From a virus (Duplodnaviria > Caudoviricetes), in the IMG/VR virus record IMGVR_UViG_3300032304_002086, positions 1-40,989 of that record: a stretch of DNA of 40,989 nucleotides; one strand, given 5' to 3'. Position 1 is the stretch's first letter, and every line of letters starts with the position of its first letter. The translations under genes were made by a program, and so were the position numbers. Positions 10,401 to 18,767 of the stretch are shown one piece after another. The notes below the pieces were generated by a model. That model searched no databases and was not told the DNA's origin. It worked only from the letters and a program-made list of their open reading frames with translations.

Positions 10401-13400
10401 ATCGCAGCCACAGTGGCTGCTTATGGAAGAGTAAAGACTGTGGTACAACAGATTATTGCCAACACCACAGTGACCAAATCCACAGGTAACGCAGCAACTC
10501 AATGGACCGACAGTACTAATTTAACAGGCGGAGCAGCTGCCAACGCCACAGTAGGTGCATTGGTAGACATTATTACCAATATCATACAAGGTGATTCCAC
10601 TGAGGCTACAACACCACAGATCACAGTTACTACAATAGCCACATCAAATACGTTGACCAGTAACAGCCATGGATTAGGTCTAGGTGATGCAGTGATACCA
10701 AGACGCACGGCTAACGGATTAGTCAACGGTGTGAAATATTGGGTAGTAGGTACAGTAACTACTAACACATTCCAGCTTGCAGCTACATACGGCGGCACAG
10801 TATTAGCTTCATTTACTAACGGTGCTGGATTAGACATTGATTTAGAAACCATAGATTACCCAACCGCTACCAACGCTGTGACATCAACCACTGCGTTGAT
10901 TACAGCAGCAACAACATTAGATGCTGCTCAAGAAACCATTGTTCAAAATGTTGTAGACGATCTAAATGCAGTAGCATGGCACACTGACTTTGTGGTAGAT
11001 GAAACTTCATTGACCTCAACAGATTTTAGAATTTATGTTGGTAAACATACTCTAGCACATACCTATGTCAGCGGCGGAATTGTAACCAAAGCCGACGGTT
11101 CGACACTGGCAGTTAGTAACTTTGTCTATAATAATTCCACTGGATATGCTGTGGTAACTACTGCAACACACGGACTGGCAGCAGGTGACATCGTCAACAT
11201 AACAGCCATTATTGTGTCTTGCTTATCATCAGGTGGCGGTGCCGTTAATGCAATATTTCCAAATGCCTACAAAACTGACGGGGTTACACCTAAGATTCGA
11301 TATCTCCAAACCAAGTGTGTTAGAGATACTCGATTGATACTAGAAGCTGTGATGTTTGACTTTATGTTCAACAGCAACTTCAAAACTAGAGAAGCAGCAT
11401 ACTCATATCTAAGATCTTCAGCAGCTGATGTGTTTGTTGGTAATCAAAAAACCATTACTAGAGACGCACTAACTAATGCCAAGACCGAAGCACTGGCCAA
11501 TGTGGGCGGCAATGCAACTGCACAGGCTCGGATTGAAACACTAATGACCATGGTAGATGATATCGTCTACGGTGCTACCAATGAAGGCAGTCGTTGTGCC
11601 ACAGGAAACAGAATGGTTGATTATGCTGTGCTGCAATTAGAGCGCAACAGATCATATATTGTAGCAGAAATTGATGCTTATATTGATTCAACCTACACCA
11701 CCACAGTTACTGCCGCTGCAGGAACAACTGACTTGTTCACTTGCACATCAACAGCATGGATGCGTAGAAATGCTGCCATTAGATTCTCAGGCACAACATT
11801 TGGTGATGTTAATACAACCACTACTTACTATGTGCAAAACGTGGTTAGTTCAACCACCTTTAAGATTGCTACAACTAGAGATTCAAATACAGCGTTTAAT
11901 GTTATTACCAACGGTAGTGGCTCAATGACTGTGAGTCTCTTCTACAGCAGTGAAGCCTGTCTGAGAGATGTTAACACTTATATTGATGCATTGAAATACG
12001 ATTTGAAATATCCAGGCAACTACAAATCAAGATTTGCAGCAAGATACTATGCGAACAGCGTGATGGGCAGCTTGGAAGAGGACATGTACTATCTCAGAGA
12101 TGCCACAGGTCTAAGAGACCAAACCATGGAAGGCCTAACAGGAGACCTTTTAGCTGTAAATCAATTTGGTACATCGCGAGTGAGTGCAGGAGCATATGCT
12201 TCGTTGGATCCAGGTTGGGGCCCAGAAGATTATCGCACTTGGATTATAACACGTTCACCATATGTGCAGGGCTTGACTACATTAGGTTATGCGGCTGTAG
12301 GTCAAAAGATTGACGGTGCATTGCACAATGGAGGTAATGATTCTATAGTTAGCAATGACTTTACACAGGTGATATCGGACGGTATCGGAGCATGGATTAC
12401 CAACAACGGTCGCGCTGAATTAGTATCTGTGTTCTCATACTATGCACACATCGCATACCTAGCAGAAAATGGTGGACGTATTAGAGCTACCAACGGCAAC
12501 AACTCCTACGGTGATTTTGGTTCAGTGGCCGAAGGATTTGACGCAACTGAAATACCAGACACAGGCATAGTCGACAACAGACTACAGTTCGAAGCAGTGA
12601 TTGATCGTGTTATCACTGACGGATCTGCCTTACTGCAAATAGAATTTCAAAATGCGGGCATAGATTATACAGAAGTCAGCTATACACTCACAGGTGGCGG
12701 CTCAGGTCAAGTTGTTGAAATTGACGAATTCCGTGACGATGCTGTATTTGAAGTTCGCATGTTAGATTTGATAGATGACAGCACTGAAGCTCCTGAAGCA
12801 GAAGGTAACTTTGGAGGATTTGGGTATATCACAAACTCCAATACTGCGCAGGGAGGTACTTCTACATCAGTTACTATCGCTGCCACAGACGGTGAATCCA
12901 GCACTGCCTACATAGGTATGAAGATTGTGTTAACAGGCGGCGCAGGTGTAGGACAGTTCGGTATCATTAACACATATAATTCAGGCACCAAAGTAGCTGG
13001 ATTAATTAAAGAATCAGACGGTACAGCAGGTTTTGATCATCTAGTTGCTGGTACAACTATTGTTTCTCCAGATGCTTCTACTACATATACTATTGAGCCT
13101 AGAGTAACATTTACTGCGCCTGGATATGCTAGTACGGCTGCAACACTGCCAACTAGCGGAGCATGGAGAGCTGTAAAATATGGTGAAACTGCTGCGGTGT
13201 ATACTACACTGACAGGTACCTATACAGGTTCCGGTTCAGGAGCCACATTCACAGTGATACGTAACGGATGGAAATACACTCCATCTATTCAGGGTGCGGG
13301 AACAGGGTATGCTAGACTGCAAACAATCACTATTTTAGGTACCAGTCTCGGTGGAGCCACAACTACCAATGATTTAGTAATTACAATTACCGCAGTAAAT

Positions 13401-15335
13401 TCTACCACAGGCGCTATTATAGATTTTGATCACAGCGGTTACGGTATCGGAGGCAGATATGTGGCTCTAAGAAGTGGCTCTCAAATAGGTGCAACTTCAG
13501 AGGACGGAATTTTATGGACCACTAGAACTAGCTTGATGCCAAGCGGAGCAAACTGGGATGCAATGGCTGCTGGCTTGTTTGACGACGGTTCTACAATAGG
13601 TAAAGTAAGTAAATTTGTAGCGGTAGCAGGTACTTCAGCAAACACCACAGCTGCATACTCTGAAGACGGCATCACATGGACTGCAAAGAGCATGGAAACG
13701 TCTGCGACATGGGTTGATGTAGCGTTTGGTGCACAAAAATTTGTGGCTGTCAGTAGCGATGTCACAACAGTGAGAATCAGCAACGACGGTGAAAATTGGG
13801 ATCAAACTGGTACATTGACTACCACTGGGTTTACAGCGATTGCCTACGGTAAAAACAGATTTGTCGCAATTAAGAGCGGTACTAATGTGACCAATCATGC
13901 TACATCGACCACAGTCACTGGTGTATGGACTGCAGGAACATTGCCAAGTTCATCAAACTGGAACAGCATTGCCTATGGTAACAATAGATTCGTTGCAATA
14001 TCTAATACCAGCGGTACTATAGCTGCATACAGCTTGGACGGAATTACATGGGCAGCCAGCACATTACCAGCTACAGCATCATGGACTAGTGTGACCTACG
14101 GTCAGGGGGTATTCCTTGCTGTGAGCACAACCACAGCAGCAGCAACATCACCAGATGGTATCACATGGACTCTAAGAGCCACCAGCACAGCAGCAAGCGG
14201 ATTCTCTGCAGTGACATTCGGTAATAGAAACAGATACGGCCAGTTTGTAGGAGTTGGTGCTGGCACAGGTGATGTGGCTACATATATCAGAACAGGTGCT
14301 ACAGCTAGAGGTCGTGCTAAAGTAGCTGCTAATAAATTGTTCCAGGTAAACATCACAGAACCTGGATCAGGATATGCTACAGCGCCTACTATAACATTTA
14401 CTGATCCTAACAACACGTTCGAAGCTCCCGTAACTGTGAGAAAGAACAGTGGAGTATTAGCCAATCCTAGCTTTGTAAACAGAGGCTCACAGTTTGTCAC
14501 AGGCAGCGGCGAAGTAGATACTGGTGATGGTTATTCAGATCTATTCCAAACTGGCACATTTGTGGCCAGCCGTAGACTCAGCGAACGACCAACACCAGGT
14601 TCCAATGTGGTGTTTGATCATCTGCCTAATAGAGTTTTCAAGTTGGTGAACGTGGTTACGTTCCTTGGAGAAAATCCAGGATCTCATACAGCGTTTCTGC
14701 AGCTCAGCCCTGCACTAACTATATCAGAAGCTCCACCTGACGGTACAGCTATCACCATGCGACTGAAGTACAGCCAAGTTCGACTTACTGGACATGACTT
14801 CTTGGACATAGGTACAGGTAACTTTACTGACACTAATTATCCAGGACTGCCATTTCAATCAGCAATTCCTGCAAATGAAACTGTAGAACAAGGTGGTGGT
14901 CGAGTGTTCTTTACTTCAACTGACCAAGACGGTAACTTCCGAGTTGGTGACTTGTTTGCTATTGAACAATCAACTGGTATTGCTACATTGAATGCAGATG
15001 CGTTTAATATTTCAGGATTGCAAGAACTTAACTTGGGTAACGTTACACTAGGTGGAGGATCAGCTACAATCACTGAATTCTCAACCGATCCGTTCTTTAC
15101 CGCTGATTCAGACAATATTGTACCTACGCAACGAGCTATCAAGGCATTTATTGCTGGGCAGATCGGCGGCGGCGGAGCCAGCTTGAACGTTAACTCCGTG
15201 ACAGCAGGTAGTATTTTTATCAGCTCAAACGTGATAACTACTGTGACAGCAGGCCCAATCAAGATGAATGCTACCTTTGAATTCAGAGGCGGGGTAATTG
15301 GCCTTCCTTTAGCACTCAACTACTTTTTAATATAA
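7494..15335 (+). CDS. Giant multidomain virion structural protein (2613 aa), paralog of 1783..7455 with extra helical C-x-R-D repeats and inserted beta modules
   Basis: Same architecture (MAEFKLGRIRF start, 7 CBM-like repeats, SNDFTQV core, Asp-box repeats, GHDFLDIGTG C-terminus); GGAG RBS. Confidence 0.75.
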   Translation: MAEFKLGRIRFVWKDTWAAATTYYIDDVVRYGARTYICAVGHTSAADFNTDLEYNPTKWNQMSDGQAWTGDWNVSTFYKLNDVVKYGGLLYICNDSHTSAATTASGLEADQAKWTVYAEGFDWKNAWATSTRYKVNDLVKYGGYTYVCNLYHTSAATTAAGLEADQAKWDTFNPGVEYKGTWSTAVRYKLNDVVKYGAGLWICTTQHTADAAFLTDSTAGRWSQFTEGTEFENTWNSATLYQPGDIVVYGGNQYIAKTVHTAAAATETPTTQAARWDLYTEGFKFQSAWANTTSYKIGEVVSIGGYTYLAAQDSPSNAYTVTAVTASTDEFTIASTAGIVVGMTVRFTGTTFGNVFTTARYYVKTVAAGNITISTTSGGTTFNITADAAGTMTATVSAEPPNTTYWSRLNAGISWQGLWSDDRDYLLGDAVRFGANAYICMLAHRSEGDDGSTVGAAGGGQANSRPDQDTVGTYWSLLSVGSETDILSVRGDLVYYGGSGPTRLPIGLEGQVLTSNGVDPEWVTLGEVDHTYFVATTGVDGPSPIHGRTWDKPWKTIRYACEQVEKGPRNPDARYLLELNRVFIQREVTEFIQRQITTNTAPFTSAFVYDDFKCERDVGFTLDAVIYDLCHGGNIKSRGVANSLIGGLSEDETEAYPGLAIESDESVAAYNYMLTVVGNVLAQTAPTINYQTLNGDNSTATVAQYFNSDLTAETGALANVTASVTLITDAITARAAAVTAPQIAAAIASVPARRSPSNLINVATGRYRETLPIIVPEQTCIQGDELRSTNTGPAGSQTNRSDAGYSIGALTRLQTVVDQIVRGANVTESSGNTAVQSASFPYASTDEAADAAQLVRVMQHQIDFKISSTFMESSADPTGYNTSFLSGFKDARTLLRENKEFIKEEVTAFLTVNFPTVLYSRTKCKRDVAFIVDAMGYDLTYGGTWATLVAGTAYFDGDNSTTLQIDSTEIAATVAAYGRVKTVVQQIIANTTVTKSTGNAATQWTDSTNLTGGAAANATVGALVDIITNIIQGDSTEATTPQITVTTIATSNTLTSNSHGLGLGDAVIPRRTANGLVNGVKYWVVGTVTTNTFQLAATYGGTVLASFTNGAGLDIDLETIDYPTATNAVTSTTALITAATTLDAAQETIVQNVVDDLNAVAWHTDFVVDETSLTSTDFRIYVGKHTLAHTYVSGGIVTKADGSTLAVSNFVYNNSTGYAVVTTATHGLAAGDIVNITAIIVSCLSSGGGAVNAIFPNAYKTDGVTPKIRYLQTKCVRDTRLILEAVMFDFMFNSNFKTREAAYSYLRSSAADVFVGNQKTITRDALTNAKTEALANVGGNATAQARIETLMTMVDDIVYGATNEGSRCATGNRMVDYAVLQLERNRSYIVAEIDAYIDSTYTTTVTAAAGTTDLFTCTSTAWMRRNAAIRFSGTTFGDVNTTTTYYVQNVVSSTTFKIATTRDSNTAFNVITNGSGSMTVSLFYSSEACLRDVNTYIDALKYDLKYPGNYKSRFAARYYANSVMGSLEEDMYYLRDATGLRDQTMEGLTGDLLAVNQFGTSRVSAGAYASLDPGWGPEDYRTWIITRSPYVQGLTTLGYAAVGQKIDGALHNGGNDSIVSNDFTQVISDGIGAWITNNGRAELVSVFSYYAHIAYLAENGGRIRATNGNNSYGDFGSVAEGFDATEIPDTGIVDNRLQFEAVIDRVITDGSALLQIEFQNAGIDYTEVSYTLTGGGSGQVVEIDEFRDDAVFEVRMLDLIDDSTEAPEAEGNFGGFGYITNSNTAQGGTSTSVTIAATDGESSTAYIGMKIVLTGGAGVGQFGIINTYNSGTKVAGLIKESDGTAGFDHLVAGTTIVSPDASTTYTIEPRVTFTAPGYASTAATLPTSGAWRAVKYGETAAVYTTLTGTYTGSGSGATFTVIRNGWKYTPSIQGAGTGYARLQTITILGTSLGGATTTNDLVITITAVNSTTGAIIDFDHSGYGIGGRYVALRSGSQIGATSEDGILWTTRTSLMPSGANWDAMAAGLFDDGSTIGKVSKFVAVAGTSANTTAAYSEDGITWTAKSMETSATWVDVAFGAQKFVAVSSDVTTVRISNDGENWDQTGTLTTTGFTAIAYGKNRFVAIKSGTNVTNHATSTTVTGVWTAGTLPSSSNWNSIAYGNNRFVAISNTSGTIAAYSLDGITWAASTLPATASWTSVTYGQGVFLAVSTTTAAATSPDGITWTLRATSTAASGFSAVTFGNRNRYGQFVGVGAGTGDVATYIRTGATARGRAKVAANKLFQVNITEPGSGYATAPTITFTDPNNTFEAPVTVRKNSGVLANPSFVNRGSQFVTGSGEVDTGDGYSDLFQTGTFVASRRLSERPTPGSNVVFDHLPNRVFKLVNVVTFLGENPGSHTAFLQLSPALTISEAPPDGTAITMRLKYSQVRLTGHDFLDIGTGNFTDTNYPGLPFQSAIPANETVEQGGGRVFFTSTDQDGNFRVGDLFAIEQSTGIATLNADAFNISGLQELNLGNVTLGGGSATITEFSTDPFFTADSDNIVPTQRAIKAFIAGQIGGGGASLNVNSVTAGSIFISSNVITTVTAGPIKMNATFEFRGGVIGLPLALNYFLI
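7807..7996 (+). repeat. 25-bp exact direct repeat CAGGCCTAGAAGCTGATCAAGCCAA (7807-7831 and 7972-7996) in adjacent CBM-like repeats
   Basis: Read directly; encodes GLEADQAK twice, with similar flanking CACACATCTGC-GCTACTACAGC. Confidence 0.85.
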
Positions 15336-15338
15336 ATA
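15331..15338 (+). promoter_or_regulatory. T4-type late promoter TATAAATA
   Basis: Exact T4 gp55 consensus overlapping the stop of the 2613-aa gene, upstream of a GGAG RBS and the ATG at 15358. Confidence 0.6.
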
Positions 15339-15357
15339 TATACATGGAGAATAAATT

Positions 15358-15678
15358 ATGCCAACAGGAAGACTAGGTGCAGCGGATTTACTCGCTGGGT
15401 CACCAACTACAATATACAGCCCACCTGAAAACACGTTTTCAGTGGTAACGGTAAGTATTGCCAACAGAAATGCAACAAACATAACTATAAGGTTAGCTAT
15501 TCAAGCCGTGGTAACACTGGCCAATGCAGATTATATAGAATACGATGTTGTAGTAGGACCAAATGGTGTTTTAGAAAGAACTGGATTAGTACTAACTTAT
15601 CCACAATTTATATCAGTACGTTCTAGTGCTGCTAACGTATCTGCTGTGGTCTATGGCATCGAAACAAATACAGCATAA
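15358..15678 (+). CDS. Small beta-rich phage structural protein (106 aa)
   Basis: TTIYSPP...VTVSIANR...YIEYD...VVYGIE pattern; similar size and pattern to 1062..1394. Confidence 0.6.
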   Translation: MPTGRLGAADLLAGSPTTIYSPPENTFSVVTVSIANRNATNITIRLAIQAVVTLANADYIEYDVVVGPNGVLERTGLVLTYPQFISVRSSAANVSAVVYGIETNTA

Positions 15679-15690
15679 GAGGAAAATACT

Positions 15691-16161
15691 ATGGGTCGTC
15701 ACACAAGAGTTGGTATCCAACCAACAACTGAAGAGTTTAATGTAGTAGGTACGGGTAGTACAGCTCTCCGGCCGACACTGCTTGCAGATCAAAAAGGTTT
15801 TCAATATTTCAATACTGACGTTAATCAATTAGAAATTTGGAACGGACAATATTGGTTTGTGGTAGGCGAATATCCAAACGTTGCTATCAGCACAACTCAG
15901 ACCTTGGGTTCAAATCATGCATATTGGGTAAATACCACAGGCGGTGCAGTGACTCTATCTTTGCCTTTAACAGCAAGACAGGGTGATTACATAAAAATCA
16001 CTGATAGTCATGGTCAATTTGGTACCAATGCCTGCACAATTAACAACAACGGTAATCCGATCATGCGAGTCAATGATACTATGGTAATAAATACCCCAGG
16101 TGCTTCAGTAGCACTGGTGTTTTTCGACGCAACTCGAGGTTGGTTATTGGAAGCAATTTAA
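15691..16161 (+). CDS. Tail-fibre-associated protein (156 aa)
   Basis: GAGG RBS; YFNTDVNQLEIWNG segment and C-terminal NTTGGAVTLSLP...GDYIKITD...GW module common in phage fibre proteins. Confidence 0.6.
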   Translation: MGRHTRVGIQPTTEEFNVVGTGSTALRPTLLADQKGFQYFNTDVNQLEIWNGQYWFVVGEYPNVAISTTQTLGSNHAYWVNTTGGAVTLSLPLTARQGDYIKITDSHGQFGTNACTINNNGNPIMRVNDTMVINTPGASVALVFFDATRGWLLEAI

Positions 16162-16164
16162 ACT

Positions 16165-17016
16165 ATGCCATTTAATTATCAAACACTAAAAAACTATACC
16201 ACACAATCAGTGGTAGATGCATCTATCGCAGCAGATAGGATTGCTTCTACTACAATTGCTGCTGATAGATTAGAACTTGGAAGTGTGATTGAAAGTAAAT
16301 TAGCAGCATCAGCTGTGGCTCTTGGCAGTGCTACAGTCACAGGAACATTGCCAGTATCTAAAGGCGGCCTTGCAATTACAACATTCTCGGGTGCGAATCG
16401 AGCAATTCAAAGTGACGGTTCTGCACTATCACAACAACTACACGGGATAGCAAGTATAAACGTTTATACAGGTAACTCAACCTGGAACCGTCCAACTGGT
16501 GTGAAATACATAAAAATTCAAGTAAATGGCGCAGGCGGTGGCGGCGGTGGCCACGGAGAAGGTGGCGCAGCAGGTGGATATGCCGAACTGTTTTTAAATG
16601 TCACAGGAATATCTAGTGTAGGCGTGACGGTTGGTGGTGGTGGTGGCGGTACATATTATTCTGGTGCAGCTGGCAATGGCAACACTTCTAGTTTTGGTCC
16701 TTACGTAAGTGCCAGCGGCGGACATGGAGCCAATAGACAAAATCAACACTCGGGCGGCGTTAGTGGCAATGGTTCGGGCGGAAACTTGAACATTCACACA
16801 GGCGGCGGATATAGTCATCACGCAAGAGACTCTTCGTCTGTGGCTGAGAGCTTTTTTGGTGGCGGCACTAGCAGTAACTATCCCAACGGTGGACAATTTG
16901 GTCACAATCACAACGGACACTCTGCTCTAGGTGCAGGTGGTGGTGGCGCACACTTTCACAGCTATAGAGGCACAGATGGCAGACCTGGTATAATTATTGT
17001 AACTAACTTCTATTAA
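16165..17016 (+). CDS. Gly/His-rich fibre-tip/adhesin-like protein, paralog 1 (283 aa)
   Basis: MPFNYQTLKN start; TWNRPTGVKYIKIQVNGAGGGG glycine-rich domain; His motifs GHGE, GGHGANR, HNHNGH. Confidence 0.65.
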   Translation: MPFNYQTLKNYTTQSVVDASIAADRIASTTIAADRLELGSVIESKLAASAVALGSATVTGTLPVSKGGLAITTFSGANRAIQSDGSALSQQLHGIASINVYTGNSTWNRPTGVKYIKIQVNGAGGGGGGHGEGGAAGGYAELFLNVTGISSVGVTVGGGGGGTYYSGAAGNGNTSSFGPYVSASGGHGANRQNQHSGGVSGNGSGGNLNIHTGGGYSHHARDSSSVAESFFGGGTSSNYPNGGQFGHNHNGHSALGAGGGGAHFHSYRGTDGRPGIIIVTNFY

Positions 17017-17025
17017 GAGATATCA

Positions 17026-17883
17026 ATGCCATTTAATTATCAAACTTTAAAAAATCTCAGCACTAGTTCTTTTGTAGCCAATACAATAACAGGCGGAGAT
17101 TTGTCTGCAAATGCAGTGACCACTACAAACTTACAAAATAATGTAATTACCAGTCAAGAATTAGCCACAGGTGCTGTTAATTTGGCAGGAGCAAAGGTAA
17201 CAGGAACTATTGGCACAGCCAGCGGCGGTACAGGCGTTACAGCATTTGCTGGCGCCAACTTGATGCTGGGTGTAAATAGTTCCAACAACGGATTGACATT
17301 TAGAAATTCTGGAATCAGAAGCATGCAGGTGTTCACAAGTAATACTACCTGGACTCGTCCAACTGATGTACGTTTTATACATGTGATACTAGTAGCTGGT
17401 GGTGGTGGAGGCAGCGGCCACGGGGAAAGTGGAGCAGCAGGCGGCTATTCAGAAAAAATCATTGACGTTACGAGTACCGCTAGTGTAGGTGTGACTGTTG
17501 GTGGAGGTGGTGGTGGTACATACTACTCAGGACCTGGCGGAGATGGAGGCACTACTAGCTTTGGTGGCTTTATGAGCGCAGGAGGTGGCCATGGAGCCAA
17601 TAGACACAATCAACACAATGGCGGTTTAAGCGGTGGCGGATCGGGCGGCGACGTAAATCTGCATCAAGGTGGCGGTGGCGGTCACGAACAACGATCAACA
17701 GGCATGGGTGGTTCTACATACTTTGGCGGAGCAGGGCCTGCAGGGCACCCCAACGGCGGCAATTTTGCACATAATCATCAAGGACATTCTGCTCCGGGCA
17801 CAGGAGGCACTGCTGGATATTTCTCAGGTCACAGAGGTGCTGACGGCAGACCAGGAATTGTTGTTGTATATGAATATTACTAA
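17026..17883 (+). CDS. Gly/His-rich fibre-tip/adhesin-like protein, paralog 2 (285 aa)
   Basis: Same start and architecture; TWTRPTDVRFIHVILVAGGGGG; HPNGGNFAHNHQGH. Confidence 0.65.
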   Translation: MPFNYQTLKNLSTSSFVANTITGGDLSANAVTTTNLQNNVITSQELATGAVNLAGAKVTGTIGTASGGTGVTAFAGANLMLGVNSSNNGLTFRNSGIRSMQVFTSNTTWTRPTDVRFIHVILVAGGGGGSGHGESGAAGGYSEKIIDVTSTASVGVTVGGGGGGTYYSGPGGDGGTTSFGGFMSAGGGHGANRHNQHNGGLSGGGSGGDVNLHQGGGGGHEQRSTGMGGSTYFGGAGPAGHPNGGNFAHNHQGHSAPGTGGTAGYFSGHRGADGRPGIVVVYEYY

Positions 17884-17894
17884 TAGGTAAAAAA

Positions 17895-18749
17895 ATGCCA
17901 TTTAATTATCAAACATTAAAAAATTTAACCGGAGCCTCGGTCACTGCTGGTAGTCTAGTAAATGCAAATATTGCTAGCAGGACTATACCTTCCGGAGATA
18001 TCACAGACCTAGCTGTTACATCAGGCAAGCTGGCCAACAGTTCAGTGAGTTTTGCCACAGGAGTTACAACCGGCACTGCACCTGTAACGATTGGAGGTAC
18101 TGGACTAACTTCAGTAGGCGCAGCTAATACCGTGTTGATGACAAATGCATCTAACAACGGTTTGGAATACAGAGCCATTGGTTTCAGCGGCATGCAGGTA
18201 TTCACTGGAAATTCCACATGGAATAGACCCAGTGGTGTGAGATTCATCAGAGTTAAATTAGTTGCAGGCGGTGGAGGCGGTGGCGGGCATGGCGAATCAG
18301 GTGGTGCAGGCGGCTACTCCGAAAGAGTCATCGACGTTACTGGTACAGCTAGTGTGAGCGTGACCATCGGTGGTGGCGGTGGCGGTACATATTATGCCAA
18401 TGCAGGCGGTGATGGCGCCACCACTAGTTTTGGTCCTTTCATGAGCGCAGGTGGTGGCCATGGAGCCAATAGACAAGCACAGCACTGCGGCGGCGTCAGT
18501 GGCGCTGGATCGGGTGGAAATCTAAACCTACACCAGGGGTCGGGTGGCGATCACCACTATAGTTTTGGTATGGGAGGAGCCACACACTTTGGTGGTGCAG
18601 CTCCTTCAGGACACCCACAAGGTGGCAACTTCACACATAACCATCAAGGACACGCTGCTCCTGGAACGGGCGGCACTGGCGGGTATTTTCACGGACATCG
18701 TGGATCAGATGGCAGACCCGGCATCGTAGTAGTTGAAGAATATAAATAA
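17895..18749 (+). CDS. Gly/His-rich fibre-tip/adhesin-like protein, paralog 3 (284 aa)
   Basis: Same start and architecture; TWNRPSGVRFIRVKLVAGGGGGGG; HPQGGNFTHNHQGH. Confidence 0.65.
   Translation: MPFNYQTLKNLTGASVTAGSLVNANIASRTIPSGDITDLAVTSGKLANSSVSFATGVTTGTAPVTIGGTGLTSVGAANTVLMTNASNNGLEYRAIGFSGMQVFTGNSTWNRPSGVRFIRVKLVAGGGGGGGHGESGGAGGYSERVIDVTGTASVSVTIGGGGGGTYYANAGGDGATTSFGPFMSAGGGHGANRQAQHCGGVSGAGSGGNLNLHQGSGGDHHYSFGMGGATHFGGAAPSGHPQGGNFTHNHQGHAAPGTGGTGGYFHGHRGSDGRPGIVVVEEYK
18741..18748 (+). promoter_or_regulatory. T4-type late promoter TATAAATA
   Basis: Exact consensus formed by the final codons (TAT AAA TAA) of paralog 3, upstream of an AAGGA RBS and the ATG at 18768. Confidence 0.5.
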
Positions 18750-18767
18750 AAAAGTTAAGGATATCAT

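Noticed and set aside
292-18485. Many 60-154 aa antisense or alternate-frame ORFs within the structural genes (e.g. 14855..15319, 14102..14500, 16594..16920)
   Set aside because: Fully nested in long, motif-bearing ORFs, with no RBS or recognisable motifs; shadows of biased codon usage
16165-18749. Diversity-generating retroelement or CRISPR-like array explanation for the repeats
   Set aside because: No reverse transcriptase, no template/variable pair with adenine-specific differences and no repeat-spacer periodicity; the repeats are coding paralogy
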